DNA of 64,000 bases from a virus. The notes beneath the pieces were generated by a model. It was not told the DNA's origin and did no database searches. It saw only the letters and a program-made list of their open reading frames with translations. Every line of letters starts with the position of its first letter. The first letter of the stretch is position 1. The DNA is taken from positions 1-64,000 of the IMG/VR virus record IMGVR_UViG_3300028837_001398; one strand, written 5' to 3'. The position numbers and the translations under genes were made by a program. This document shows positions 63,351-64,000 of this stretch, one piece after another.

Positions 63351-64000
63351 TCACGCCTCCAGTAGGAACTCCGCCAGCCTCACCAGCCCGTCGCTCTCCA
63401 CCGCCAAGCCGTTGCGTTTGAGCTGGCCGAGGTATGTGCTGAACGTCCCGCTCTTCTTCAACCCCGCCGTCTGCCCGAGCTGCTCCCTCGTCATCCCCCG
63501 GCCCCGGTCCTCAACTAGGCTATCGAGCATCCGGCGCGCCCCGGCCCTGAAAACCTGCCGCCACTCTTCGAGGGTCTCGCCCGCCGTCATGGGATCTCTG
63601 GCAGCATCCCCTACCATCGCCAGCCCGGCATCCGTGATTCGCACCTCATTGCCCTCGCGGCTGATCAACCCGTGTCGCACCAGTTCGCTGAGGTAAGTAT
63701 CTGAGGTTCCTGACTTCCGCAGCCGCGCCATCGTCCGAAGCTGGCTCACAGTCATCGAGCCCAGGTGGTAGCGGGCCAGCGCCTCGACCATCCGGCGGGC
63801 GCCGGCGCGGGGGCGGTAGTCACCGTCAACTGCTGGCACGGATTGGGGAGGATTGGCACTTCGTGGAGCAGGAATGGAGGGGGGCCGTTCCCGTCGCGCT
63901 GCCGCAACCGTGCGCTTTTGGACCTCCCACGGCTCAGGCGGCTCGATCTTCGGAGGCTCGGCTGGCAGTTCTCCGACAGCCCTGGAAATCGAGAGCGCAT
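63351..64000 (-). CDS. 3' part of a protein ending in tandem winged-helix repeats
   Basis: Two repeats of GARRM..AL...MT..QL...A.L.KSGT..TYL..L.R.GL; frame checked open to the window edge. Confidence 0.7.
   Translation of the reverse strand, partial: ALSISRAVGELPAEPPKIEPPEPWEVQKRTVAAARRERPPSIPAPRSANPPQSVPAVDGDYRPRAGARRMVEALARYHLGSMTVSQLRTMARLRKSGTSDTYLSELVRHGLISREGNEVRITDAGLAMVGDAARDPMTAGETLEEWRQVFRAGARRMLDSLVEDRGRGMTREQLGQTAGLKKSGTFSTYLGQLKRNGLAVESDGLVRLAEFLLEA

Noticed and set aside
1-64000. CRISPR array, IS elements, introns/inteins
   Set aside because: No regularly spaced repeats, transposase or splicing motifs noticed by eye; short or degenerate cases could have been missed

Overview
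The whole window reads as one GC-rich temperate siphophage genome segment, with no host housekeeping genes visible. Most genes are on the minus strand. From right to left they are: small early/middle genes (radical SAM, DUF5131, glycosylase-like, DNA MTase), a ParB–DUF488–MTase/GNAT–ParB–tRNA-Gly cassette, terminase, a second DNA MTase, CmoA, an HK97-type head module interleaved with glycan-building enzymes, tail genes, and a lysis cassette containing a patatin and a beta-barrel. A plus-strand immunity/integration operon (cI, SLH surface protein, serine integrase) follows, then cro, tRNA-Met and an SbcCD recombination module. The integrase has phage genes on both sides, which suggests an intact attP (excised or free form). 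The SLH repeat style suggests an Armatimonadota-like host (inference). Main leads: (1) a Mom-like GNAT/MTase fusion cassette ending in a tRNA-Gly with intact GlyRS identity but broken 7:66 and 49:65 pairs, a candidate dedicated glycyl donor for DNA hypermodification; (2) a probable virion glycosylation/methylation system; (3) repeated attenuator RNAs, 19-bp-spacer promoters and DUF2292-like proteins as a candidate late-gene switch; (4) a phage CmoA with no evident partner enzyme. All family calls come from motif recognition by eye, with no database searches.
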